Shown: in pieces, positions 1 through 10,244 of the stretch | How positions within the stretch are numbered: the first letter of the stretch is position 1 | Layout of the letters: the number at the start of each line of letters is the position of its first letter | NCBI GenBank assembly: GCA_964016885.1 | Contig: OZ024744.1 | Coordinates: forward strand, 103,850,001-103,914,000 | Direction of reading: 5' to 3' | Source of the DNA: Eledone cirrhosa | Taxonomy: Eukaryota | Length of the DNA stretch: 64,000 nucleotides | Notes under the pieces: generated by a model | Told to the model about the DNA's origin: nothing | The model's database searches: none | Seen by the model: only the letters and a program-made list of their open reading frames with translations | Made by a program: the position numbers and the translations under genes

Positions 1-67
1 GATAAAAGATTCATAAGAAAACAGAATTGTAGTAAGAGGAGAACATGTCAGCTTCGACGAAGACTGT

Positions 68-220
68 TCCAGTTGATATGATCAACACAACACCTAGCTC
101 GTGAAATTAACGTGTAAGTGGCTGAGCACTCTATAGACAAATGTACTCTTATTGTGTTTTTGATGAGATTCTGAGTGACACAGAATGTGACAAGGCTGGC
201 CCTTTGAATTACTAGTACAA
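68..220 (+). mobile_element. SINE-like interspersed repeat fragment
   Basis: Motif string GTGAAATTAACGTGTAAGTGGCTGAGCACTC...GTGACACAGAATGTGACAAGGCTGGCCCTTTGAATTAC recognised from memory as a cephalopod SINE body; no head visible. Confidence 0.5.
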
Positions 221-286
221 CCTAAATTTATAGATTGGTAAATTTATAGAACACCCCGTTCGATTTCAGTGGGTGGAGAAAACTCC

Positions 287-508
287 TTTCCCTCGGGTTT
301 TTCGTGTGCTATCAACTAATCTAACTTCCAAGATGCTCGTAATCGATTTTTTCCCCTGGGAAAAAGAAACCCAAAATCTTGCCCTAACCCTGACCCTAAC
401 CCTAAGCCCTAACTCTAAACCCTAAACTTAACCCGGAGTAAAAAAAAGTCGATTGCAAGAATCTTGAAGGTCAGATTAGTTAAAGCACACAAAAAAAATC
501 GAAGAAAA
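287..508. repeat. Imperfect inverted repeat enclosing degenerate telomere-like (CCCTAA)n
   Basis: Arm ~287-355 (TGTGCTATCAACTAATCTAACTTCCAAGATGCTCGTAATCGA) is reverse-complementary to ~440-508; loop has CCCTAACCCTGACCCTAACCCTAAGCCCTAACTCTAAACCCTAAA at 382-433; partial third arm at 708-735. Confidence 0.75.
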
Positions 509-799
509 ATAAGTATTTCCCAACAAACGCAAGAGGGGTGTAGATTTGTGAAACTCCGATGGGCTTTCCATCCGCTTTCCTCCTTCTTTTTCTACAAAGT
601 TAATTGTTTCCGATTGGTTTGGAGGTCGTATTCGTTGATAATATGCAGAAAACAAAATCATAGAGAAAACTCCGAGGTGGGGGACATCCCACCTACTCCG
701 TTTTGCTGGGAAAAAAGTCGATTGCGAGCATCTTTTAATTGTGAGTTAAGCCAATTGTAGTACTAGTATTAATATTAACATATAGTCCAATTTTTTTAA

Positions 800-3450
800 T
801 ATAGTTCAATTTATTGATAAACGTTTGCTCATCCAACAATAGGTCTGACTGGCAGAAATTGTTTTTGTTTCCTCTCATTTGTCTTCATGTGCACAATGCG
901 AATTCGGGTTCCCTCACGTCCTCTCTCAAGCGGCAGTTCCAGCTGTTTGAGTCCACCCTAACCACGTCTCACATCAGTTCAACATCAAGCCCGGTGTCCC
1001 CAACGCTCAAGTGAGCGATCAATGCCAAATTCAGCAAATTTGACATTAAAGGGGCTGTCCGTCTCCTCTTTTCTCTGTCCTCCCTCGCTCTATGCAACTC
1101 TGACTCTCTTGAGCGACTGAAAGAGAAGCACCCATCGGCACACCCAGATGATCAGCTACACCGGCCCGAACCACCAGAATACTCAAGACCGGTTTACACT
1201 ACCGATATCATCAGAAAGGCGATTTCATCCTTCCCCGCTGGGTCAGGTGCAGGAATTGACGGCCTTCGTCCTCAACACCTCAAGGATGATATCTCCTTAT
1301 CGGACTTGAGCTCTTTGAGAGTCTGACTCAGTTTGTGAATCAGTTCTCTTCACTGAATGTTCTCCCGTTCATCCGCCCACTCTTCTTTGGTGCGAAGCTA
1401 TTTGGTCTCACTAAGCCCAACAGAGACCTGCACCCCATTACGGTTGGCTGCACCATTCGCCTCCTTACTGCAAAGGCATATTTGTTGTTGGTCTCCGACT
1501 CACTAGCAGAGGAATTTTCCCCCATCCAGCTGGGGGTGGGTACCAAGTTGGGATGTGAGGCTGTTGTCCACGCTACCAGAGCCTTTACCAACTTGCTCTC
1601 CATGTCCCTCAAGGTCATCCTTAAACTTGACCTGAGGAATGCTTTCAACTCCGTCAGCCGCGATGTCGTCCTCGGCTCAGTAAGAGAGAGGGTCCCACAA
1701 CTCTATCACTTTGCTTGGCAGGCTTATCGGTAGCCCTCCTACCTCTCTTTCGGTGACCAAATCATCACCTCTGCCTCAGGAGTCCAACAGGGTGACACAC
1801 TTGGGGCCGCTCTGTTTGCACTGGGCATTGACGACGTCACCAAGAGGGGGGTTGAGTTGGACCTCAATGTCTGGTACCTTGACGATGCTTGTTTGGGGGG
1901 AACTCCGGATATGGTTCTCGCCACTGCCAACAGGATGGTGGAGGAGCTTGGCCGCCGGGGTCTCTAGGTCAATAGCTCCAAATGTGAGCTCTGGATCCTC
2001 AACCTCCCGGCTTCCCAACACCAACAGCTGATCGACCTGTTTGCAGAGTCCTTCCCTTCCATTGCGGTCCCTCCCCCGTCAGCTTGGTGCTCCTTAGGAG
2101 CCCCAATCATAGAACTGGCCTTCAAGTCAATCTTCCAATCGAAGATGGTTGGCCTTGAGCAGCTGCTGAGGAATATTGAAGTTATCGAACCCCATCAAGG
2201 TTTCTTCATACTCAGGAACTACCTGTCTATTCCTAAGCCACTATATATGCTCAAGTTCAGCTCCTCTCACAGATTTCTGTCCTGCCTCCAACGCTTCGAC
2301 GACCTAATCTTCGAGAGACTCGAGTGTCTGGTCAATGTTAGACTCTCTCCAGAGTCCCCCGATCAAGCTGCGTTGCCCAAACAATTTGGGGGTCTTGGTC
2401 TTCGTAAGTGTTCGTCCCTCTTTCTCCCCTGCTTCCTTTCCTCCACCCACGCTTGCTCCACCCTGGTGAGCAGCATCCTCTCCTCTCCAACATGGACTAG
2501 TTCCAACAGGGAGTTAGGTGAAGCTCTCCAGCAATGGAGTGAGCTGAGCTTGTCTCTTCCTGAGAAGGTGGAGGACAGTTGAAGTCAGAGAACTTGGGAC
2601 AGCATAATTTCGAAGGCCGCCTTCGACTCCCTCTTTGTCTAGTCAGATCAGTTTGCAAGGTGCCGCTTACTATCTGCCAGAGCCAAATACACAGGTGACT
2701 GGGTTGATGCGCTACCCGTGGCCAACGTTGATGGCCTACTCAGCCTGGATGAACTTCGTGTCTCCATTGCCCTCAGAGTGAGAGCTGATCTGGGTTTGAG
2801 GTGCTGATGCGGCAAACTCTTCGACTCCACAGGCCTCCACGGTCTTTCTTGCCGCCTGAATGGTGTCACACGGAGCTAAACCTCATTTGCAGGAGAGCTT
2901 TGGCCCGAGCGAACATCCCCTCAATCTTAGAACCATCTGGGTTGTCCAGAAGTGACGGCAAAAGACCTGACGGTCTTACCCTGTGCCCCTGGTCGAGAGG
3001 CAGGTGCCTTGTCTGGGACATCACTGTTAATGACTCTTTTGCTCTTTCCCACATCCTGGATGCTGCGGTTAGGACGAGAGCCACAGCTTCTGCAGCCGAG
3101 CGGAGTAAGACCCTCAAATACTCTGATCTGTCGGCCAGCTACATTTTTCAGCCTGTGACTTTCGAGACATTTAGGGGAGTCGGGCTGCTGACTGCGAGGT
3201 TCCTTTCTTCACTGACGGCTCGTCTAATAGAGGTAACTGGCGAATCTCATGAGGGCGCTTGGTTGTTCCAGCGCATTAGCCTCGCCAATACCCGAGGCAA
3301 CGCTGCGAGTGTGCTGGCTTGCCTCAAAAATCATTAGGGAGGTTGCCCGGTACTCCTCGCGACGTTGCTGTCTTTTGCTCTGGTGTTGGCTCGGTTGTTC
3401 ACCCCTTCCTTTACATTTTCTTTAATATTGTAACATTAAAAGAATATATC
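800..3450 (+). mobile_element. CRE-clade non-LTR retrotransposon (RT + restriction-like endonuclease), 5' truncated, disrupted
   Basis: Across frames: GIDGLRPQHLKD, QLGVGTKLGCEAVVH, LKLDLRNAFNSVSR, GVQQGD-LGPALF, WYLDD, GGLGLR, EPSGLSRSDGKRPDGLTLCPWSRGRCLVWD, RISLANTRGNAASVL; several stops and frameshifts; possible TSD AGTCCAATTTTT at 784-795 and 3459-3470. Confidence 0.9.
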
Positions 3451-3784
3451 TTTCTGAAAGTCCAATTTTTAAAGCTATAATCCAGCATAATTTAAAGCTA
3501 TAATCCGAAACTTACTTTCTCCCTATAACAGAAGCCTTTTATCACATTTTCACAAGACCATAAAAGTATCTCAACGATTAAGAATAATCAAACCTTATTC
3601 TTCTAATAAAGCAAATCGTGCACGGCATCCAAAAGAAAAAAATACATCGAGCCAACGAAAAAAAGTCTTTAACGTGGTTCGTCCGACCTGCTAAAAACAG
3701 CAGCTAAATAATCCTCAAATTGCAACCTGTTATTTTAAAAATACGATACATTGGATAATTTAGTTTTGCGTACATTATTTCCAG

Positions 3785-3941
3785 AGGACGCCATGCTTTG
3801 CAGCATTTAGTTACGTTCCTTTATGGACTGAGTTCACATCACGCCGAAGTTAACTTTGCCTTTCATCCTTACGGGGTCGATAAAATAAAGTACCAGTAAT
3901 GCACTGGAGTAATTGCTGGCCTTGTGTCAAAACTAGAAACA
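3785..3941 (+). mobile_element. SINE with Deu/Nin-like central domain
   Basis: AACTTTGCCTTTCATCCTTACGGGGTCGATAAAATAAAGTACCAG core; TSD ATTATTTCCAG at 3774-3784 and 3942-3952. Confidence 0.85.
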
Positions 3942-4402
3942 ATTATTTCCAGGAGAAAAAAATCTGAGATGGTTATGGCTGAAATTAATTTAATAATAGG
4001 TTAGTGCGATCAAGGTTGACTTGTGGCTAAATAAAAACGTCTGGGAATATCAACTAATAAATATATGGACAGGTTGTCTCCCTTATTCTTCTCTTTAACT
4101 AAATAATTTCTGGTTGTCTGCAGTTAGAACTAAAGGGAGATAACTACACTTGGATTGTCATGAATTATCGATGTGGCGAGATGTTACAAAGACAATATTA
4201 TCATGTTTAATTTAGTTCTAACCATTCTATACTACTAATGTTGTAACATTTCTCTGTATAAAATGAAATGTGTACAAAGGAGTATGGTTAGTGGGAAAAG
4301 AGTTCGAAAAAAATAAATATTTCTCTTTTTCTCTTTTCTCTTTCTTTCATCCAAAGCAATAACACTAATTGTTTTTGTATCTGTCAGTTTTTATTATATA
4401 TA

Positions 4403-4578
4403 TTGGCAGTATCGGTAGAGGGTCGGACGCCATGCTTTGACGTGTAGAGTTACGGCCCTTGCCATTCTGAGTTCAAATCCCGCCAAGGTTAACTTTGCCT
4501 TTCATCCTTACGGGGTCGATAAAATAAAGTAGCAGTAATGCACTTGTGGTTGCTGGCCTTGTGCCTAACGTGAAAACA
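4403..4578 (+). mobile_element. SINE, same family
   Basis: Head TGGCAGTATCGGTAGAG, B-box-like GTTCAAATCC, same core and tail GCTGGCCTTGTGCC...AAAC; ATTATATATA on both sides. Confidence 0.85.
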
Positions 4579-4587
4579 ATTATATAT

Positions 4588-4627
4588 ACTGGTTCTATCC
4601 TGATATATATATCAGGATAGAACCAGT
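4588..4627. repeat. Perfect 40-bp palindrome
   Basis: ACTGGTTCTATCCTGATATA|TATATCAGGATAGAACCAGT. Confidence 0.95.
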
Positions 4628-4743
4628 TTATAACTTTTTAGATAATTACTCACTACTTAGGGTAGAAGAGTATGGCAAGAGCTCAGCTGTCGGGTCCCGA
4701 CTCTATATATATATAGATATATAATAATATATAGATATATATT

Positions 4744-5896
4744 AAGCTATTGCTTAATGATGGTGAGAATATGGGTTCCAGTTGCAACAACTGTAAGATT
4801 TGCACCACTTGCTCATCGTGTGTACTAAAAGTTCTGGTATCCAACAGACTTCATGACAAGGTATATCATAATCTGTTTATAAAGTTATTGGCACACTCTC
4901 AGTTACCCAAGTCCAATGTGAGAGGACATTTTCAAAGCTAAAGATCATAAAGACAAGGTTAAGAAATTCTCTGTCTGAGGAGAACTTGGAATCCTACATG
5001 TTGCTATCCATTGAAAAGGAATTGTTAGATGAATTGGATACTGAAGCAATTATTGATAGATTTGCACAATCATCCAGTGAACTTAAATGATTGCTCTTAA
5101 TATAGTGGACTGCATGTAATACACTTTTGGACTATTTGTTAATGTGTAAAGTGTGCAGTACAAATAAACTATTTTAAAATATGCCCCAATTATTTAAAAA
5201 ACAAAAACATGGTACATGTATAATATACTGTTATTTTGAAAATTTTATAAGGGTCTTATAAAAACAGTAATGGCAAGAGCAAGGAAAAACGAATAATAGA
5301 AGGATGTAAAATATTAAAAGTAGAAGAAATCAAAACCATGTAAATGTATCCTTTATTTTTAGAGGGGCTGGAGCAATCAAGGTGCTGATGATAAAATTCT
5401 TGTCATATATACGTTTAATAAAAATAAAAAAAACAATAAAACAACATATGTACAAGTTGTTTGAAAGAAATCTCCTCTGTAAAGTGCAAAGAAACAAATG
5501 TATATGTACGAAGATGTGGTATTGACTGCAATGCCGTGATTTTTATAAGAAAACATAGTTATCTCTTTGACAGTAAAAAGTCTTCATAAAAAATATTGAA
5601 ATCGATTTGCAGTTTTGTTAACATTTTTCAAAATAATAGTATACTATACATTGACAATTTTTTGAAAATTCAATAACATTCTGTGTTTACATTTAGTATT
5701 ACTGTATACTGCCAAGTAATAAGTATAGTATATATACACTATAATTAGTAAAAGATATACATTTTTCGCCCGTAAAAATTCGATTGCATTGTTTTGTTTT
5801 CACTTATATATTTTTTGTAAATGTTATTTATTCATTATAAAAATTGAATGATAGCATTTAACATGGCAACCAATATTTTTAGACCCAGTCCGGCAC

Positions 5897-5898
<2 letters not shown>
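4744..5898 (+). mobile_element. hAT DNA transposon 3' end (left arm of inverted duplication)
   Basis: hAT C-terminal dimerisation motif QVQCERTFSKLKIIKTRLRNSLSEENLESYMLLSIEKE; ends in TIR-like ...GACCCAGTCCGGCACTG. Confidence 0.85.
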
Positions 5899-5901
<3 letters not shown>

Positions 5902-5964
<63 letters not shown>

Positions 5965-6092
5965 CACAACAGTGGCATAAACAGGTACTTAAGTTTCGTT
6001 GGGTTCTGGACCCAACTCATTCAGCGTATCATAAAAACTCGTCCTATGGACTGTGTTCTTAGCCTTTTGATATCTCAAGCAAACCTTTATTA

Positions 6093-6137
<45 letters not shown>
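5902..6137. repeat. Two (TA)n tracts flanking a ~135-bp unique spacer
   Basis: (TA)n at ~5902-5962 and ~6097-6137. Confidence 0.95.
5980..6030 (-). ncRNA. Degenerate minimal hammerhead ribozyme motif
   Basis: Minus strand reads CTGAATGA-GTTGGGT-ccaga-ACCCAAC-GAAA-CTTAAG-TA; perfect 7-bp stem II, palindromic stem III, extra A in the core, weak stem I. Confidence 0.6.
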
Positions 6138-6139
<2 letters not shown>

Positions 6140-6140
<1 letters not shown>

Positions 6141-7597
6141 GGTGCCGGACTGGGTCTAAAAATATTGGTTGCCATGTTAAATGCTATCATTCAATTTTTA
6201 TAATGAATAAATAACATTTACAAAAAATATATAAGTGAAAACAAAACAATGCAATCGAATTTTTACGGGCGAAAAATGTATATCTTTTACTAATTATAGT
6301 GTATATATACTATACTTATTACTTGGCAGTATACAGTAATACTAAATGTAAATACAGAATGTTATTGAATTTTCAAAAAATTGTCAATGTATAGTATACT
6401 ATTATTTTGAAAAATGTTAACAAAACTGCAAATCAATTTCAATATTTTTTATGAAGACTTTTTACTGTCAAAGAGATAACTATGTTTTCTTATAAAAATC
6501 ACGGCATTGCAGTCAATACCACATCTTCGTACATATACATTTGTTTCTTTGCACTTTACAGAGGAGATTTCTTTCAAACAACTTGTACATATGTTGTTTT
6601 ATTGTTTTTTTTATTTTTATTAAACGTATATATGACAAGAATTTTATCATCAGCACCTTGATTGCTCCAGCCCCTCTAAAAATAAAGGATACATTTACAT
6701 GGTTTTGATTTCTTCTACTTTTAATATTTTACATCCTTCTATTATTCGTTTTTCCTTGCTCTTGCCATTACTGTTTTTATAAGATTCATATAAAATTTTC
6801 AAAATAACAGTATATTATACATGTACCATGTTTTTGTTTTTTAAATAATTGGGGCATATTTTAAAATAGTTTATTTGTACTGCACACTTTACACATTAAC
6901 AAATAGTCCAAAAGTGTATTACATGCAGTCCACTATATTAAGAGCAATCATTTAAGTTCACTGGATGATTGTGCAAATCTATCAATAATTGCTTCAGGAT
7001 CCAATTCATCTAACAATTCCTTTTCAATGGATAGCAACATGTAGGATTCCAAGTTCTCCTCAGACAGAGAATTTCTTAACCTTGTCTTTATGATCTTTAG
7101 CTTTGAAAATGTCCTCTCACGTTGGACTTGGGTAACTGAGAGTGTGCCAATAACTTTATAAACAGATTATGATATACCTTGTCATGAAGTCTGTTGGATA
7201 CCAGAACTTTTAGTACACACGATGAGCAAGTGGTGCAAATCTTACAGTTGTTGCAACTGGAACCCATATTCTCACCATCATTAAGCAATAGCTTTAATAC
7301 ATCAAAGTTTGGGGCAAAAGAACACAATTCTAATTTTATTTGATCTTTGCTAATTTGCGAAAATAACTTAACAATACCATCTAATGCTGCAACTTCAAGG
7401 CCCTTCTCTGCAATAGTTCTAAACTTTGCTGGGTCCAAACAGGATAAATCTTTATACAACTGTTTGTGTTGTACAAAGTGTGGTTCTAGTGACTTGATAA
7501 TGCAATCCATTATTAGGTTAAACACATTTACTTGAAAATCAGCTAGAGAATCTGAGGAATTTCATTCATCATTAACAAGCTCATCTGCCATTCTTTG
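6140..7597 (-). mobile_element. hAT DNA transposon 3' part (right arm, extends further 5')
   Basis: Reverse complement of 4744-5898 plus extra transposase sequence RMADEL...FQVNVFNLIMDCIIKSLE...LYKDLSCLDP (ORF 7097-7525). Confidence 0.85.
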
Positions 7598-8212
7598 AGA
7601 GGGAAGGGGACACAAGGTCAGTTCAATATAAGAGTAGCGTACCTATTTTGGTGTTTTATGGAAATATGTACCACAGAAAGAAAAATGTTTTATAACTTTA
7701 TTCAATTATGATTGGTTGATGTAGAATTATAAGAGTTTTGAGGATACACTTTGTAAGATAGTTGCCGAGATAGATAACGGTAATTATTACAACCCACTAC
7801 TAAGAGAATGGTTCAATTACTTAAGGAAATAACCTTAATAAGACGAAAGTATTAGAAACCTTCGAGCAACTTTAAAAACCTCTATTTCATGAGTTAATTT
7901 TTGTAGTTAATCCTACAATATTTCCAACTAATTGACACATTCTTATTCAAGTGAAAATTGCATTAAAAATTGTAAAAATATCTTGTGTTGTAGAAATATA
8001 ACCTATTTTTGGCACATAGACTTTGCAGTAGAGTATGACTATAAACTCTACAGTAGAGTATGACTGTAAAATCATAAAGAAAAAATATGGATTACAGAAA
8101 ATATGAATATCTTACCTTCTCCAATAAAAAATATAAAGTACCTTGTGAAATATACACATCCACAGACTTTCAATAATGAGCTTCTGTCTTTCACACTCAC
8201 TCAATATATATA

Positions 8213-8663
8213 TATGCGATGCTGCATGGTAGTGAGACATGGGCAGCAACTGCAGAGGATATGCGATGGCTGGAGAGAAATGAGGCAAGCATGCTCCGTT
8301 GGATGTGCAGTGTAAATGTTCGTGAACGACCCAGCATAAATGTGTTGAGAGAGAAACTGTGTCTGAGAGGGATAGAATGTAGTGTACAGGAGAGGAGACT
8401 GAGGTGGTATGGACATGTGATGCGCATAGAGGATGACCGATGGGTGAAGAAGTGCCAGGAAATGCCAGTTGAAGGAAGATGTGGTAGAGGTAGACCATGA
8501 AAAACATGGGCGGAGGTGGTGAGAACAGACCTCAGATCATTGAAGCTCACGGTGGAGATGAGGAAGGACCGTGACGAGTAGAGAGATGCTGTGCTGAATA
8601 AGACCCGTCCCACCCTTGCAAGCAGGGAAAAGCGGACGTAAAATGATGATGATGATGATGATG
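8213..8663 (+). mobile_element. RTE LINE 3' fragment
   Basis: MLHGSETW...RRLRWYGHVMR...GRGRP; ends GGACGTAAAA(TGA)n. Confidence 0.9.
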
Positions 8664-8887
8664 GGAGTGTGTGCATGTACATGTGTATATATAGATTTAT
8701 ATATCGGTATAGATACACACAAGCACAGATATACATACATGTTTTCAGCTTGTACAAAAATTCTTTAGCCACTCATTCTTCCTAGGGACTTAAGACTGAA
8801 GAACTAACTACTAATTGACATTGTATATATATATGTGTGTGTGTATATATGTATGTGTATGTATATATATTATTGTTTATTATTGTC

Positions 8888-10190
8888 CTACAGGATATAA
8901 CAGAAGAGTGGCTGCTCATGGGAACTTCTATATGCAGATGATCTAGCTCTCATAGCTGAATCCATGGATGAACTAGAGAAGAAACTCCAAACATGGAAGA
9001 ATGGCCTAGAATCAAAAGGCCTTAGAGTTAACTTGTCTAAGATTAAAGATCTAGTATGGTGAAAGGAAAATAGGGTACAGGTGCCCTCTGGGAAATGGCC
9101 ATGCTCAGTGTGTAAGAAAGGAGTAGGCAGAAACTCCATTCTATGTCCCAAATGCAAACTATGGGTACATAAAAGATGTAGTGGGATCACAGGTAAGCTA
9201 TCTAAGAATATAGATTTTATGTGGCCAGTGCTCAGGTGCAGTAAGTAGCAAGTGCCCACTGGATACTAACTCCTTCTACTGCCCAGATGGTTCTATAGAA
9301 AAGGTAGACACCTTCCGTTACCTGGGTGACAAAATCAACAGTGGAGGAGAGTGCTCTGAAAGTACAGTAGCCAGAGTTAGAACGGGATGGAAAAAGGTCA
9401 GAGAGCTAATACCACTGTTAGCCACAAAGGGTTTTTCTCTAAAAATGAAAGGCAGATTGTATGATGCTTGTATACGAACATCAATGTTACATCATAGTGA
9501 GACCTGGGCATTGTGTGCAGAAGACTTGTGTAGATTAGAAAGAAATGAAGTTTGCATGCTCCAATGGATGTGTAATAATAATGTGCGTGAACGGCGAAGC
9601 ATAAACGAATTGAGAGAGAGACTAAGCATAAGAGGTATTAAATGTTGTGTTCTGGAGAGGAGATTGCATTGGTATGGCCATGTGATGCGTATGAAGGACA
9701 ACAGCTGTATAAAAAAGTGCAGGGCAATGAAAATTGATGGAAGCTACGGAGTGGGTAGACCAAGAAAAACCTGGGACGAGGTGATAAAAACTGACCTTGT
9801 TCACTTACACCTCTCTAAGACAATGTCACTGGATTGAGACCTTTGGTGCCATGCAGTTATATAGAAGACCCAACTACCATTGCATACATACCTACAGTCA
9901 GTAGGCACCTCTTAACCCAATGTACACCCTACCCCATCCACTGTGTCGGTGACACAACAAAAAGAACCCAGTCCACACTATAAAGTGGTCGTGTAGGAGA
10001 CACAGTAAAAAGCTCCCAGTCCACACTGTAAATGTGGTTGGTGTTAGGAAGGGCATCCAACTGTAAAAAATCTGCCAGAGATACTTCCGTATGAACAAGA
10101 CACAGTCTCCTGATCATTCCTGCATCAAATGGAACAAAACCATCTAATCCATGCTAGCATGGAAGATGGATGTTAAACGATGATGATGAT
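8888..10190 (+). mobile_element. RTE LINE 3' half with long 3' UTR
   Basis: WELLYADDLAL, Cys-rich insert, RLYDACIR, RRLHWYGHVMR, GRPRKTW; UTR contains GGTTGGTGTTAGGAAGGGCATCCA and a (GAT)n tail. Confidence 0.9.
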
Positions 10191-10244
10191 ATATATATAT
10201 AGATATAGATATAACTTTATATGTGTGTGTGTATGCCTATATGT

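Noticed and set aside
382-433. True telomere, or telomere targeting by the adjacent CRE element
   Set aside because: Short, degenerate, internal, and ~370 bp from the CRE boundary
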